DNA of 56,146 bases, filler included, from Bipalium vagum (taxonomy: Eukaryota), in NCBI GenBank assembly GCA_037834085.1. It is 3 parts of 3 records of this genome, joined end to end, with 100 filler letters (N's around TTAATTAATTAA, not from the genome) between each part and the next. Parts side by side here need not be neighbours in the genome. Positions count along the whole stretch, not along the records: positions 15,775 to 40,189 come from JBBMKC010201273.1; 2 more parts are not named here. The stretch is one strand, 5' to 3'. Under the pieces are notes generated by a model. The model was not told the DNA's origin. It was given only the letters and a program-made list of their open reading frames with translations, and did not search any database. Positions 25,607 through 38,590 of this stretch are shown one piece after another (position 1 is the stretch's first letter; each line of letters opens with the position of its first letter). The translations under genes and the position numbers were made by a program.

Positions 25607-26479
25607 AAAGATGTTCAAGGTTCGATAAGTTTGTTAAAATGGTACACTTCTGTTTAAATAAAGAGAAAGATTGAAATTGATAATATTTTTGTATTTAATG
25701 AAAAGGATTGCATAAGTGGGTGAATGGTAATGAGCTTCTCTCAAATAATTTTTTATAAATAGAGATAAAAGGGTTAATAAATAATAAATCATTTTTAATC
25801 TGATGTATAAAATGTCCATAACATCAAATGGAATATTTTTCTACTTGAAAAATGACCCTATGTTTATAAAATAGGAAACTTTGAAAGACTATACAACATA
25901 AAAAATGATTATTCAAGTTCCCTAAATCATTAACAATGAAATATATAATTTCAATAAATAAAATTTTAAGTTCTTAGAAGAACTACACCTTTTTGGGTTC
26001 TCATTATCCAACATTAGTCGAACTCTCTCGCTTGTGCAAGATTTTATCAATGTGTCTTCTATTGTATGCCCAAAGGAATAACATTCACAATATGCAGCTT
26101 ATGTTGACTTTTCATTATAATTGATATTAGAAACTTTATACGTTAACTTCTCAGTGCCGTGGAAGACGTTCAACTATGGAAAAAATTATTAAAAATGATT
26201 GCACAATTTTTAAATGTCTGTGGGTTTTGTAGGTTCTAAACAGCTTTTTGATAATATTTTTTGAAAAACAAGGCACTGTGGCTTACAGAATTATAATCAA
26301 AGTGAAACTTATGGCTACTAAAGATGTCCGATGAACTATATAAACAATGGTAATGGAAAAATGATAAATTTAATATGTAGTTGAAACATAATAATAATAT
26401 AAACGTTTTAATAAGAAATATAATTTTCACTGTGAATAACTTTAATGGAAAATAAAAGAAATAAATATTTTAAAAGTTA

Positions 26480-26820
26480 ATTTTAAGAGATTTTTAGGCA
26501 GCCATGGGATGGATTAACCGGGTGGTTTGCTTTCTGAGTTCCTTATATAAGTAGAGAAAATTGTATTTTTAGCAACACATAAATAATTCAGCGACGGCTA
26601 TAACTGACTTTGTGAAAATCATTGTGCAGAGTATATTGCATTAGAAGAAATATAGGAACGAAGTTATGTAGATTGTGTTTGTGTTACTAGACATGTTAGA
26701 AGAGAAACACAATTTTTATTCAAGTACAGAATCATTTATGTTTTTTCAAGTTTTTCTGGAGTATGGCCGTTTTGAAGTGAACCAATGGGGCAACTTATGA
26801 CAATTATCTTACGTTTCTTT
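26480..26820 (+). mobile_element. Highly decayed pogo-like remnant
   Basis: DF*AAMGWINR resembles the F.AS.GW..RF CENP-B HTH motif, with an ER..V..CV segment downstream. Weak. Confidence 0.35.
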
Positions 26821-27949
26821 GTTCTTCATTATTGTTTCAATTTCATAATTTGATTTCGTAAAAAAATTTGCTTTTTTCTAATACTAACTAACAATTCTAT
26901 TTGAAAAATAGTTGATTATATTTGAATACATATATATATCGTTTTATTTTTTGGGATTGACGTGAGTCTAAATTGATATAAATATATTATAATGAATTAC
27001 TAATATCTTTAAGTACCCAACTATTACTGAAAAGTCAGGTTTTAGAGGTAAAATAATTAACAGTTTTTAAACGTTAAATTTTTTAACATAAACAGATTAT
27101 AAAAAATACACATCAGTAAATCTTTGTGCAGATACATAAGGTGAAATAATTATATTCTTCATTAGAAAAATATATTTTTAATTACCTATGTAATATCACC
27201 GCGACCTAAATAATGTAAGAACATTGGCTGCATTCAATAATCAAGCAACGAACACTCAATACTGTTCTGTTGCAAAATACCAGTAACCGCAAGGGAGGTA
27301 GTTTTTCACCAAGAAAACCCTTGATGAATAAGGGAAATACTACAGTACAGATCTATAATCTGTTGACGAATGACTCAAGCCTCGAAAGAGAAATGTTGTA
27401 ATAAGTAATTTTACCTAATGAGAATAATATAAAAATAATGGAAAACTTTTGCTTTCAAACTTTTATTTAAAATCCGGTGTTTATAAAATTGCGATGGAGC
27501 AAATCAAGAGAGTAATCATGATGTAAGATATACATTCCAAATCCATCAGTTTTAGGAGGGTCTTTAGTGCATTGTGAAATCTGATATTATCATGGTAAAA
27601 GACCTTTACTTTTTCATTAATTAAACCTAAAATTATTTGAAATATAATAAACTCGGATTACCATGAAATAAAATGTCGGAAATAGAGTGAACTTTTGTAT
27701 TTATCTAATTCCAACAGTTTAAAAAACCATCGAAGAAATTTCCAATCTTTGAAATGAAGCGTAGCTGACTTATATTTACCTTAAACATTGACATTTTGTA
27801 ATTCTAATATATAATTTTATTGTTTAACTAGATATTAGATCTTAAGTTAAAAAAATAATAATATAAAAAAAAATAATAATTAAGGAGAACACATTAGGAA
27901 GAGTTAACTAATATTAATAGTAATTTATTATACTATTATCTCATCATCA

Positions 27950-28520
27950 TGATAAATAAAAATAAATCTTCTTTTTAATGGGCTATTAGAAGAAATAACC
28001 TTCCTTGGGACATTTGCAGATGTGTCTAACCACTGTGTTGAACATTTAATATTGTTATATAGCAACCATTTTTCATCACAAGTAATCAGACAATGAAGAA
28101 ATGACTCGTTTTTCTTCCTCAAAAGGAGTTCTCATAGCGCTTCATTTTGTTTTTTATGGTTACCTCATGTTGTACCTACATATCGAGCCTCTTTGTGTCA
28201 CCTATTTACTTCATATGAAGGGAAACGGTTCCAATACTGACATATAGATTTTTGGCAAGTTTTCTAATTGTCGTTTGTGTATCATCTTTTCACTAGACTC
28301 TTTAAATCCTTGGCATCAAATTTGGAAGGACGGACAATTCGTTTTGCATCTTCAAGAAATAAATCTCCAATACCGAACCTCTGGAACTAATGTTGTGATG
28401 TTGTCTGATTTACAGAACCATGGTCCGGAACTTCATTAACTTTTCAGCGGCTTTTGTACCTAGTCGAAACTCATAAAAATAATTATTACCCAAATCGCGA
28501 AACGACATTAAAATGGGGAA
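27950..28520 (-). mobile_element. Mariner 5' half remnant
   Basis: Minus strand MSFRDLGNNYFYEFRLGTKAAEK..., LEDAKR..RPSKFD and ESFLHCLITCDEKWLLYNN (first catalytic D motif TCDEKW). Confidence 0.85.
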
Positions 28521-28686
28521 AATGTAATCAAATTTTAATTTTAAAACAAAACAGATAAATACTTTAAAGAGAATTTTTTTCCAATTTAAAATTTTATTGT
28601 ATATAAAATATATTTCATATTATAAAATTGTTTTATTAAATAATTAAATTTGAATAATTAAAAATTGATCAAACGAATTTGAATCA

Positions 28687-28716
28687 ATGGCAAAAGACAA
28701 GAAAATATTTTATGAG
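28687..28716 (+). CDS. Putative first coding exon of the plastin-like gene (MAKDKKIFYE)
   Basis: tcaATGG start, 10 codons, then the donor GAG|GTAATG in phase 0. This is compatible with the phase-0 acceptor ttttcgttcAG|ATG at 30026/30027. Confidence 0.55.
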
Positions 28717-29134
28717 GTAATGTTTTATTTACGCTTAAAATACATTTGGATCTGTTTTGCAAAACTTTTTTATGTAATAGTAAAGATATAAATAAACAAA
28801 TAATATAATACAAGAATATGAAATACTTTTTTACTTACGCTAGACCGGATTTCTAATATTCTCACGAGTTATTTATTAATTTATTAGATTTTGTTTTTAA
28901 TTCATCTATATATATTTATACGTTGAATGATATCAAAATTATTCTAGAAAACAAAATATTTAGTATATTTAAATTCTATGTGGCAGCCAAGAAAGTTCGT
29001 CCTGGACTTTATAAGACTATATCATATTTATTAAAAATAAAATAAATATAATACATGATCTTAAATGAAATTTTATTCATTAAAATAATCTCAATCACAT
29101 TCAGTAACACTTCCAACGAAAACAAGTTGTTAAA

Positions 29135-29260
29135 TACCACCTTTTTAAGATAAAATTTAATATATAAATTATAGTTACCACCTGTCAAAAGTGACCACTT
29201 TTTTAATTACTGGTCACATTTTGAGAGGTGGTCACTTTTCTGAAAAAATGTAAAGAATAA
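29135..29260. mobile_element. pogo/Tigger-like subterminal repeat cluster inside the plastin-like intron
   Basis: Repeated ACCACCT.. / AAGTGACCAC / GTGGTCAC motifs in direct and inverted orientation, as in pogo-type element ends. Confidence 0.4.
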
Positions 29261-30026
29261 TAAAATTAAAGGCAAAATTGGTATGTCAAACATTTATTTC
29301 AAGAAATATCTTAATATATTTTCATTTGGTGGCTTGACCGACTACATAAGCGTATTTTCAAGCAAGTATATACCGTTTAAATTATTAGGGCAGTATTCAG
29401 TAGTAAATTTTTTTAAATCATACAAAATTCGATAAATATCATCTTTTTGAATCGAACTTGTATCTTCATCAGAACAGTCTATTTCTTCTTTATTGGATGC
29501 TTGTAGATCATAAATAACATCATTTATTTCGTGTTCAATAATGTTGTAGCAATCTTTAGTTTCAATTCTGACAAGTTTTTGTTTCGAATCCCGATCATAT
29601 AAATTTAGTATTGTTTCAAAACATTTCGTTATGCTACTTAAAGCTATCTGATCTAATTCATTAAAAAATATAAATTTATTTTCATTGATGATTTTTAGGA
29701 AACCTAATCCATTTAATTATTCAGCTCGGGTGAAGATATTTGGGTTCATAAATAAAAACTTTTAATAAAAAACCTGAAGTCATACTTATACACTTTAGGG
29801 TATGTATAAGACATTTCCAAAAAATTACATTTCTAAATTAACGATATCCACTTATTTTTCCAATATAACTTTCTATTAAAGGATGATTTTCTCCTCAACT
29901 TAGAACTCACCGGATGGATTTAACAGACTATTGCAATCATTTTGGTGATATCTAATAAATCTTTTATAAATTTTTATAAATCCTTTTTTATGATTTTATT
30001 AAGTTTAAGGTACATTTTTCGTTCAG

Positions 30027-31577
30027 ATGCACGATGAATGTGAAAAAAGAGTTTACGTCAACTGGTTAAACAAAAATGTTTTTAGAACTCAAACCATACC
30101 TAATCATATACCAATGAACCCTTCTAGTGAAGACATCTTTGACGAGATAAATGATGGACTAATTTTTTGTTATACTGTTTTAAACATTTTCCCAAATTCT
30201 ATTGACATAACAGTAGCAGAACAGGGTGAAGAGATTCCAAAGGAAGAAAAAATAAAAAATCTCCAGTTGGCTTTTGAAACAGCTAGATCATTTGGATGTA
30301 ATTTGATAACTCTTCAATTAAACCATTTATTCACTGGAGTGAGACAAAGCGTCTTGGAATTCTTTTGGCAAATTTTTATAGTAGGCTTGGTTAAGTCAAT
30401 AAATTATATAACAAATCCAGAAGTAATTCTGTTGAAAGGAAGTAATGAAACGATGGATTCGCTTAAAATGTTAAAACCGGAAGAAATTCTTATCAAATAC
30501 GTAAACTATTTAATTCAAATGTATAACCAATCGAGTGCACAGATCATGAACTTCAAAAGTGATCTAAATGACGGAAAGGTTTATGCTTATTTGCTCGATT
30601 CTGTGGCACAGCATTATGATATACCAATAAAAAATTCCATTGGTAATATTCTTGGTGAACAAAATTTCTCGGACCGATTTCAGTTGTTGATGGACAACTT
30701 TGAGTCTCTAAAATTGAGTAACTTTCTTGTTGAAGATATCATGAATTCCGGATGTTCTAATCAGGCAATCAGTAAAATGCATGTACTGACTGTAGCTTCA
30801 GTATTCCGTAAGTACCCTCTTGCCGGTCCTACTCATCCAGAAGTGAAAAGATTTAAAGATTATTTAAAACCAGAACGGGAGAACAATCTGGAAAAATTGG
30901 GCAGAACATTTCTTAATTTTCTTGGTATGGATCCGGTATGTACAAATTTGCAACAAGATTGTAAAAATGGACTGCTCATATCACAGATCATGGAACTGTT
31001 GTCTAAAGATCTATTTCGTAAAAAGAAGTTTATTACCGACTTTAGTCAGAAACAAATGCCTTCGGAACAGATTCACAATTCTGCAATTTGTCTTGGTAAG
31101 TTCCAAAAATTTTCATGTTGTCCCGTGGACGACCTATATCCGGAGTACGTGCAAAATGAGAACCGAACGACTATTTCCGAAATTATATTTAATTTGATGA
31201 TGTTTTGGGTTTGCTATGTGAAAGAGGATGATTATGAAATATATAGTAAAAAAGAACTGTTAGAATGGATCAACGGAATTGTTAAAGAATATACAATAAC
31301 TTCCTTTAGAGACACCAATATTATTGAAAAACATATTTTTCCAAAAGTTATTGATGTAGTTTTTCCAGATTCAATAGATTGGTGTTATTATGATAAATTG
31401 AAAACCCGGGAAGACCAATCATTGTATTGTGTTTCTGTTAGTAGACGTTACGGATGTCCCATGTTCATAAATCCCGTAATGATGGCTGTTGGTGATCATC
31501 GCTGTGTTATCTTGGCTTTTGCACTTCTCAAATATAGAGCTCCAAAATCATCTTCCAAATTATGTCCTGAATATTAG
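30027..31577 (+). CDS. Divergent plastin/fimbrin-like actin-bundling protein (4 calponin-homology domains, no EF-hands in this exon)
   Basis: 516-codon ORF. EKRVYVNWLNK...HIPMNPSSEDIFDEINDGLIFC...PNSID (plastin EEKYAFVNWINK...IPMNP..DLF..V.DGI.LC...PDTID); ARSFGCN...FFWQIFIVGL; ETMDSLKMLKPEEILIKYVNY...IMNFKSDLNDGKVY; FLNFLGMDP; ELLEWIN...ITSFRD...PDSIDW...YCVSVSRRYGC. Confidence 0.93.
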   Translation: MHDECEKRVYVNWLNKNVFRTQTIPNHIPMNPSSEDIFDEINDGLIFCYTVLNIFPNSIDITVAEQGEEIPKEEKIKNLQLAFETARSFGCNLITLQLNHLFTGVRQSVLEFFWQIFIVGLVKSINYITNPEVILLKGSNETMDSLKMLKPEEILIKYVNYLIQMYNQSSAQIMNFKSDLNDGKVYAYLLDSVAQHYDIPIKNSIGNILGEQNFSDRFQLLMDNFESLKLSNFLVEDIMNSGCSNQAISKMHVLTVASVFRKYPLAGPTHPEVKRFKDYLKPERENNLEKLGRTFLNFLGMDPVCTNLQQDCKNGLLISQIMELLSKDLFRKKKFITDFSQKQMPSEQIHNSAICLGKFQKFSCCPVDDLYPEYVQNENRTTISEIIFNLMMFWVCYVKEDDYEIYSKKELLEWINGIVKEYTITSFRDTNIIEKHIFPKVIDVVFPDSIDWCYYDKLKTREDQSLYCVSVSRRYGCPMFINPVMMAVGDHRCVILAFALLKYRAPKSSSKLCPEY

Positions 31578-33269
31578 AAAAATCAAAGAATATTTCTAAA
31601 TACGTCTAAAAACTATATCTCATTTCAAATTTATTTAAATGAAAAAAAAAATTCAATAGAATTTAAATTTTTTTAATTAAACATTTTTGTTTTAATGAAC
31701 TAAAAAATTAAAGAAACTGTGCTAATTTTGAAATGAATAAAATGAAGAAATTTGTATGTACTAAAATAAAATTAGTGAAATTGTTTTTTTTTAAGAATTA
31801 TTATATCTAAATATTATATTTTCGTCTAAATCAATATAGACTGTGAAACAAGTTAAGATAATATCAAAGAAAATTGAAAAATGAATTCAATTGTGCGGAA
31901 TTTAAAATAGGTATAATATCTCATGTTATTTTCTGAAAACCAAAATACGTGACCATTAATATTTTAGTATATATATAATTGTATTATAATTTTAATTAAA
32001 ATAAAAGCTCCCTTCAAAAGCTATACCTGATCTCAACCAAAATGTGAGGTTGAAAATATCACTCCGATTATAACAAATTATTCTAATAAAAATAGTAATA
32101 AAAATCGAAATGCGTTCATTATTTTCTTAAAAATCATAAATAATTTTAATATTCCATTATTAATATAAAATAATCATTTTGCAGATCATTCTTTTCCTTT
32201 TCCTAGACTATCAAGATTTTTTATTAGTAACTGTAAGGTTAGCACGTTATTTTAAGCTGCTTTTAAATCGGCAGACGTCTTTTGTATGAATAAATTATAA
32301 TGCCTTGCTTTTTGAAATGACCAAGACTTCATTTCTTTTTAAGAATGTTCTAAATATATTTTTTATTTTTTGAACATAATTTTTCATCGTAAATTTTTTA
32401 AATTATTCTCACTCATAATACTTGGAAAAATGTTTATTAAAAATTTGTTAATTCTCATTTTTTATTGATAAACATTTTTATAATATTTTTATAACTACTT
32501 TCCGTGGTAAAAATAATCTCTGTGCTTTAAATCCTTTGCCTTAATAATTAATTATTAAAATGTTAATATTTTTTTATTTCTAATATTTTATCTTACTTTA
32601 GTTTTCTTTTCGTAATTGAAGGTGTTGATTAAATTTAAGAGAAATGCAAAAGTTTTTCATCACAAAGGTTCCTTAGTTTGTTCTTAATTGACAAAACTTT
32701 CTTTAAATATAAAACAATAAAATTGAATACGGAATAAACCCCACTACAAATTGATTTTAATTGTAGAAGCGGGTTGTAATGCAAATATTATTAGAAAAAT
32801 TTATTTCTACTTAAGTCATCTTATTGTTTCATTTTATCTTTTATTTTTGTTATCTTTATTATTTTAACCAAAAGAAATCATTTGCTTAGTTTTTGAGTTA
32901 TAATTCTGAGCTACGCTGAGCATTATTTCAAATCTTAACACAATCATAGCCGAGCATATTTGAATTAATTATAATAAATAGTTTGAATGTGTCATATAAG
33001 GAAGTTCATTAGGTCATTATTTGTTTTGCTTCACAATGGAAATATGCGGAAATATGAATCGTCAATTCCTATTGCGTATTCAGTTACATTGAGAGAGAAT
33101 TATAAGTAGGCCTCGAAATTTTTAGACTTAAAATTAGAAAAATGACCATAAAAATTACAAATAAATTTAAGAATAACTTTAAGAATTTAAAATATGACAT
33201 AAACATATTAATTAATCTTTCGTAAGTTCGGCAATACATATAAGAAAAATGAATCTTTCAGTAAAAATT

Positions 33270-34330
33270 TTATACAGTACACAAATAATATTTTTAAAGT
33301 TCTCAAATGAAAAGATCTCTGCAGGAACATTTTTATACGTGCTAAATGAACGTTCTACATCAATTAATCGGAGCATATTTCATAAAAATAACATAGTCCG
33401 TTTTTTATTTTATTTAGAGACCTCACGTTATCAATGTTATTCCCCGATAATATACTTGGTTATTTTATTTGGTTATTTTATCAATAATTTAAAACCTACA
33501 TTTTTATCAAATTTTACCTAAACTTACTGAAAATTTCTTGACCTTTGTCACCTCTTGTTCACTGAATCAATAATTTAATGGCATCAAGTAATAAAAGCTC
33601 TTTTTCAAGTTTCTTAATTATATTGAGTAGAAACGCAAATTAGCTTTTATGTAAACCAGCTCATTTTAGAAGTCAATAAAATCAAAAGTACTTAGTGCGT
33701 CCTTAATCGTAATTGAATCTACACTATCAAACTGCGATTTTATATTTCCTAGGACGCTAAAATTCTCTGCGTAGTAAACGTAGTAATCGTGTTCCCCATT
33801 CAGTTAGTATTGGGTGTGAAAGTAAACATAAATTAGAAGTACGTTTTCTGAATATATAGACCCCATATGGAGATTTTGTAAATATGTTTGTGATTGTGCT
33901 AATTAAATGATCAACGATAGTAAATAATTTTCTAATCTTTTCACATAATCTATGCAAAGAATGCACCACATATGTCAAAGTAACCGTAAAGATTTTCCTG
34001 CTTTTACCATATATTGTGCATCATAATAAAAAATAGCAAAACATTTTCATTTTCGATTTCATCTGACCATAACATAAGCATAGACACTTGACAAGTTATT
34101 CGTTTTTTCAAAAACCTTACTTGTTAAGAGAAAATGTTTACTTCCTTCTAATTCCAATAATATGCTTAAAATAACATTAGCAATAAAGATCCCTCAACAT
34201 CAGTGGTTTCATCAATAGAAACCCTTATTCTCCCTATTCTTCTGTCGAAGGCCACTTACATTTTAAATATTTCTGATCAGCGTATTTAAATGATCTTAAA
34301 ATATTTCCTTGAATCAGCAGCTTTTCAAAA
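33270..34330 (-). mobile_element. hAT-superfamily transposase relic (CGGBP/DUF659-related type)
   Basis: Minus strand, frameshifted: VSIDETTDVEG, TYVVHSLHRLCEKIRKLFTIVDHLISTITNIFTKSP...PILTEWGTRL (cf. TC.AH.LHRV.E.IR..F..VD.LIS..K..F.KAP...P.LTRWGTW) and C-terminal KYAPI..DVERSFSTYKNV...FSFENFK. Confidence 0.85.
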
Positions 34331-36201
34331 GTTCAAAAATTGTGGGACAATGTTATTAGAACAATATCTTATCTTATGGATTGCAAACCGAATGATTTTA
34401 ATACGGAAGATTAACAAAACCGTAATAAGTATAAATGGAAAAAAGTTGACAATTTCATTTGATGTTAAAAGTAAAACAATTTAAATAACTACCTATTATT
34501 TTATATTTATTTCCCTTAAAAAATCGAAAACTGGGTTTAGTTTTTCCAATAAATCTAAGGATTACCACAGTTAATTGATTCTGTGAACACAGGAGAGAAG
34601 AGACCAATGGCAAAAAATTTGACAATTAGAATATTAAATTTCCAGTAATTTTTTGATACAATTTGGTTGATCAAAGGAAAAGAATATCAAAAGACTTTTG
34701 CAATTCAATATTAATTTTATATTATGTTATTTTGAATTTAACGTTTTAAAATATTTCGGGTTTCTATGGAAAGAGGACATATAATAAATGTTGATCTTAA
34801 ACGGATATATTGAGAGAATGCTTTGTACCCCACCATGATGATGATAAATGATTTACATTGTCAATAATTAATGGATAAATTGCATGAAAAAATAAATGGG
34901 AAAAACAATGACATTAGTATTCCCCTAGCTTTCTAAACTTGTTTTAAAAGAAACAAAACGAGATATCAAACACAAGATAAATAATTCATAATTGAAAAAC
35001 ATGAGCAAATGTGAGGGCATGCATTAAGCTATTTTTTCTATTTTCAAATTGTATAAATAATAAATATATGAACAGAAGAGGGGGGAATGTATTAACACAA
35101 AAAACCAACATTTTTAAAGCTTTGTACAAATGTTTGTAATAAATGGAAATTGTATTATAAAACATTATACCATTAAAATAAGTGAAAAAACGTTTTTTTA
35201 ATGATTTTTTCTTAAGGTAATCTAAATAATTTATTTCACTTCTTTCAAAGAATGTTTATTCTTCCTTTCTCCAGATGTAAGACTTATTTATCGATATTCC
35301 CAGTACTTATGTTATTGAAGGATATGACCATATGACTTAAATATGTTCCATAATTCTTATATGAAGATTTGATGAAGGATCATACTTTTCATATTCAATA
35401 ATTTTTTAAAATATTATTTTAAATTACCCTAATTATTTTGGGCATTTTATACCAATTGGAAATTTATGAAAATTAGATTACATGCTTAAAATTTACTAAA
35501 TATCAATAATTGAAATATTTACCTCTTTTTTATTGTAGAACTAAAATTATTACTTTAAAACTATTTTTGACTTTTATCAAAATGTTGGAATGATACGTTT
35601 TAACGGTTCCATTACACAGGTATATATGGTAGTCTAATAATTATAACAAAAAATATGAAAATATAGAATATCAAGTGTAAATAAAATTTTTTAAAAATTC
35701 TAAAAAGAAAAAAATTACTTGAGCATTAATTATTTTAGAAATTATGAAAAACTTTTGAAATTTTGCAGAAATACGATTTAAATTTCTGCGATTAATATCT
35801 TAAGTAATTGCGCCTTTTACTGTCGTATTTGTAAGTTTGCTTAATTAATAAATAAATAATTTGCAATTATTTATTGACTTAATTTACAAATTTATAAAGA
35901 TACTGATAATTAAATATTTTTATACATTTATTCTTGTTAGTTACTCCAACGTTATCAACAGTTTCGGAATTTATAAAGTCAAGATTTGATAAAATTTTTA
36001 TTCGCAGAACATAATTGTTTCATTTGAATAAGTGTTCTCTTTTTATCCTTTACTTAAACAAATTAATTACCTGAAACTTATTAAAATTATTTTAATTATT
36101 TAATTTTAAAAAAAACATTTAAATTTAGTTTAAAAATATTTATGATTTATTATTTAACATTAATTAAAATTTAATCCTTAAAATTATAATAACTGTAAAA
36201 T

Positions 36202-36830
36202 TATTGATCCGGCACTATAAGATCTTGTTGTTTAAGAGCAGTTTCAACACAAGGGTATAGACAAAATATATTTGCACAAAATAACTAGATGGCAGTATTG
36301 TACATCGGTTCCATATTTCGTTTAATAGGTATACATAAGATGATTTTAATTTTGAAGACCAATCAAGAAATGAAACCCAAACCGCAGTGGATAATGATAT
36401 TTTATGAGCAGACATCTAATAAATTCCTTGTCAAATTACATATGGTATGGTCGAGACATTGTTGCGATCAGAACAGAATGTAGGTAGTAGAATACATTCA
36501 GAAAGTCTTTAAAGGATTCGTTTAAGAATATATATTTGATCTTAATTATACACAGTTTTAATGTTTTCTTCTATTCCTATGCATCAACATAAATGTTTTA
36601 TCTTCGACTGATAAGTAGTGATGAGAAATGGATTACTCACAATAATGCAATTAAAAAACGAGCATTTTTTCAACTAAAAATGAGTCATTGATTGTTTTAA
36701 AATTCAATATTAATATGAAAAATGTTAATCAATTTTGACTTACATTTTTAAGGTAAAACCATTACCGATAATGTTTACTGTGCTCATTTAACAATTTTAA
36801 GTCAACAAATCTTAAAACTTTAAAATAATA
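36202..36830 (+). mobile_element. Internally deleted mariner remnant
   Basis: TIR-like TATTGATCCGGCACTATAAG at 36202; LRLISSDEKWITHNNAIKKR and KGKTITDNVYCAHL segments. Confidence 0.75.
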
Positions 36831-38189
36831 AACCAACATCTACTATATGTAATCTAACATATTGTTCTCTAAAATGTAGCAATATTTAGCTTCTCTCACT
36901 TCATCTGACTGTAAAAAAATTTTACTCCACAGCTGGGTTGTAATGATCCTAGGGTTTTGACAACTTCAATAATAATGAAAAAATCTAAATAATTCTTTAT
37001 CTTGATCACTGAGATAATTACGATTAAAAATATAATATTAATGAAACAAGGAACTTACTCTAACCAGAACCTAGAGAATATATAAAATACAATGTCTTGA
37101 TACTCAATACTAATACATATATTCTCTATCAATTTGTTATTAAATCAAAATGGAAAATGAGGATCATATATTAAAGCATGAGATCTATCGAAACCTTATA
37201 AGAAATTCTGAAATAACGAAGACCAACTGATCTGTTAATAAATATTTAAGCAGGCAGTTAAATAAAATAGAAATCTATTTCACGATAATGTGATCACAGA
37301 AAAAAGAAACCGATCGGTGGAGTAAAAGAAGAAGAAGAACGCTACTGAAATGACTTCTGCTCATTGATAAAAGATTAATAAGTCATTTCGCTTTGAAGTC
37401 TCTTGAAAACACGGATTGATCATCATTAACCAAATTTGAAACAAAATCGTTTCATTTTTCAGAGTACACTAATAGTGAAAATATAATTAATGAAAATATG
37501 AATATTTTATCATTTTAATTGTCTTTTTTCTTATTACTTAATTTCCGAGATAGAATAATAGCGTCGATTATATATAGTCATTATCTGCCATTTGGTTTTC
37601 CAAAGAAGCTTCATGAAGGTTGGATTTTTTTCATTTTAGAAATAAAACTAAAAATCTTGCAAAACCTGACAACTGTGTTGTGTACTGAAGTTTCTTCTTA
37701 ATTTTGTTAAATAATGTACTAAATAACGAAGTTGAACATCGAAGTATGGATTCCCTTTCAATATTCTTATGAATGTTAGGAAAAGCCAAAGCCGTGGAAA
37801 ACTTGAGTCAGAAAGTTAAATTTGAATTATTATAATCTTGGTAAGAAACAAATGCTGAGAAAAAATTTAGTCACTATTAACCATAGAGAATATAATCATA
37901 AATTTTTTTGTTATTTATTGAATTTTTTTTGTTATTGGAATTTTCTTTTGTTTCATTTTTTAATTATTGATAAAATTGTTAACTTTGTGTGTGTCGAAAG
38001 CGGACCTTTACCTGACTAATAAGACTAAATGACTTGTTTCACTAAAATAATTTGTTATTTATGTTAAGTATTCACTAAAAAATATTCAAACTTGTTCTGA
38101 TTTTTATAACAATGAATTTTTAAGTTTTTTAATAATTCAATAAAATCTTTCAAAAACTTTATTTAAATAGATATTTTTTAAAAAATACA

Positions 38190-38590
38190 GATATTAAAAA
38201 GGAATAATTTTTTCCACATATAGGTCATTTGCACGAAGGAATGTTGTATTAATTTTTTGCTAAGAAAACCTATGCAGAAACACACAGCTTGTTGGTAGAA
38301 GTTTACGAAAAGTATGCTACTTACGCAACAACATGTAAAGAATGGTTTTGCCGATTCAGAAATGAATATTACGATATCATGGACAAAAAGCATGGTAAAC
38401 CAGAAATTTTTGGAAGATGAAGAATGGGTACAATGGTTATACGAAGACCCATGTCCAACGCAAATCGAACTGTCCATTGTGTTAAATGTGAGTCGAGGGT
38501 GCATTTCGCAACGTCTGTAAAGTATGGGTATGTTTAAAAATAAAGGGAAATGGGTCCCACATATATTGAGGGAAAGAGAGATTTATCATA
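38190..38590 (+). mobile_element. Mariner (Mos1-like) N-terminal remnant
   Basis: Reads HLHEGMLY..., LLVEVYEK..TCKEWFCRFRN, KFLEDEEWVQWLYEDPCPTQIELSIVLNVSRGCISQRL*SMGM...GKWVPH (WVPHEL motif). Confidence 0.85.
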
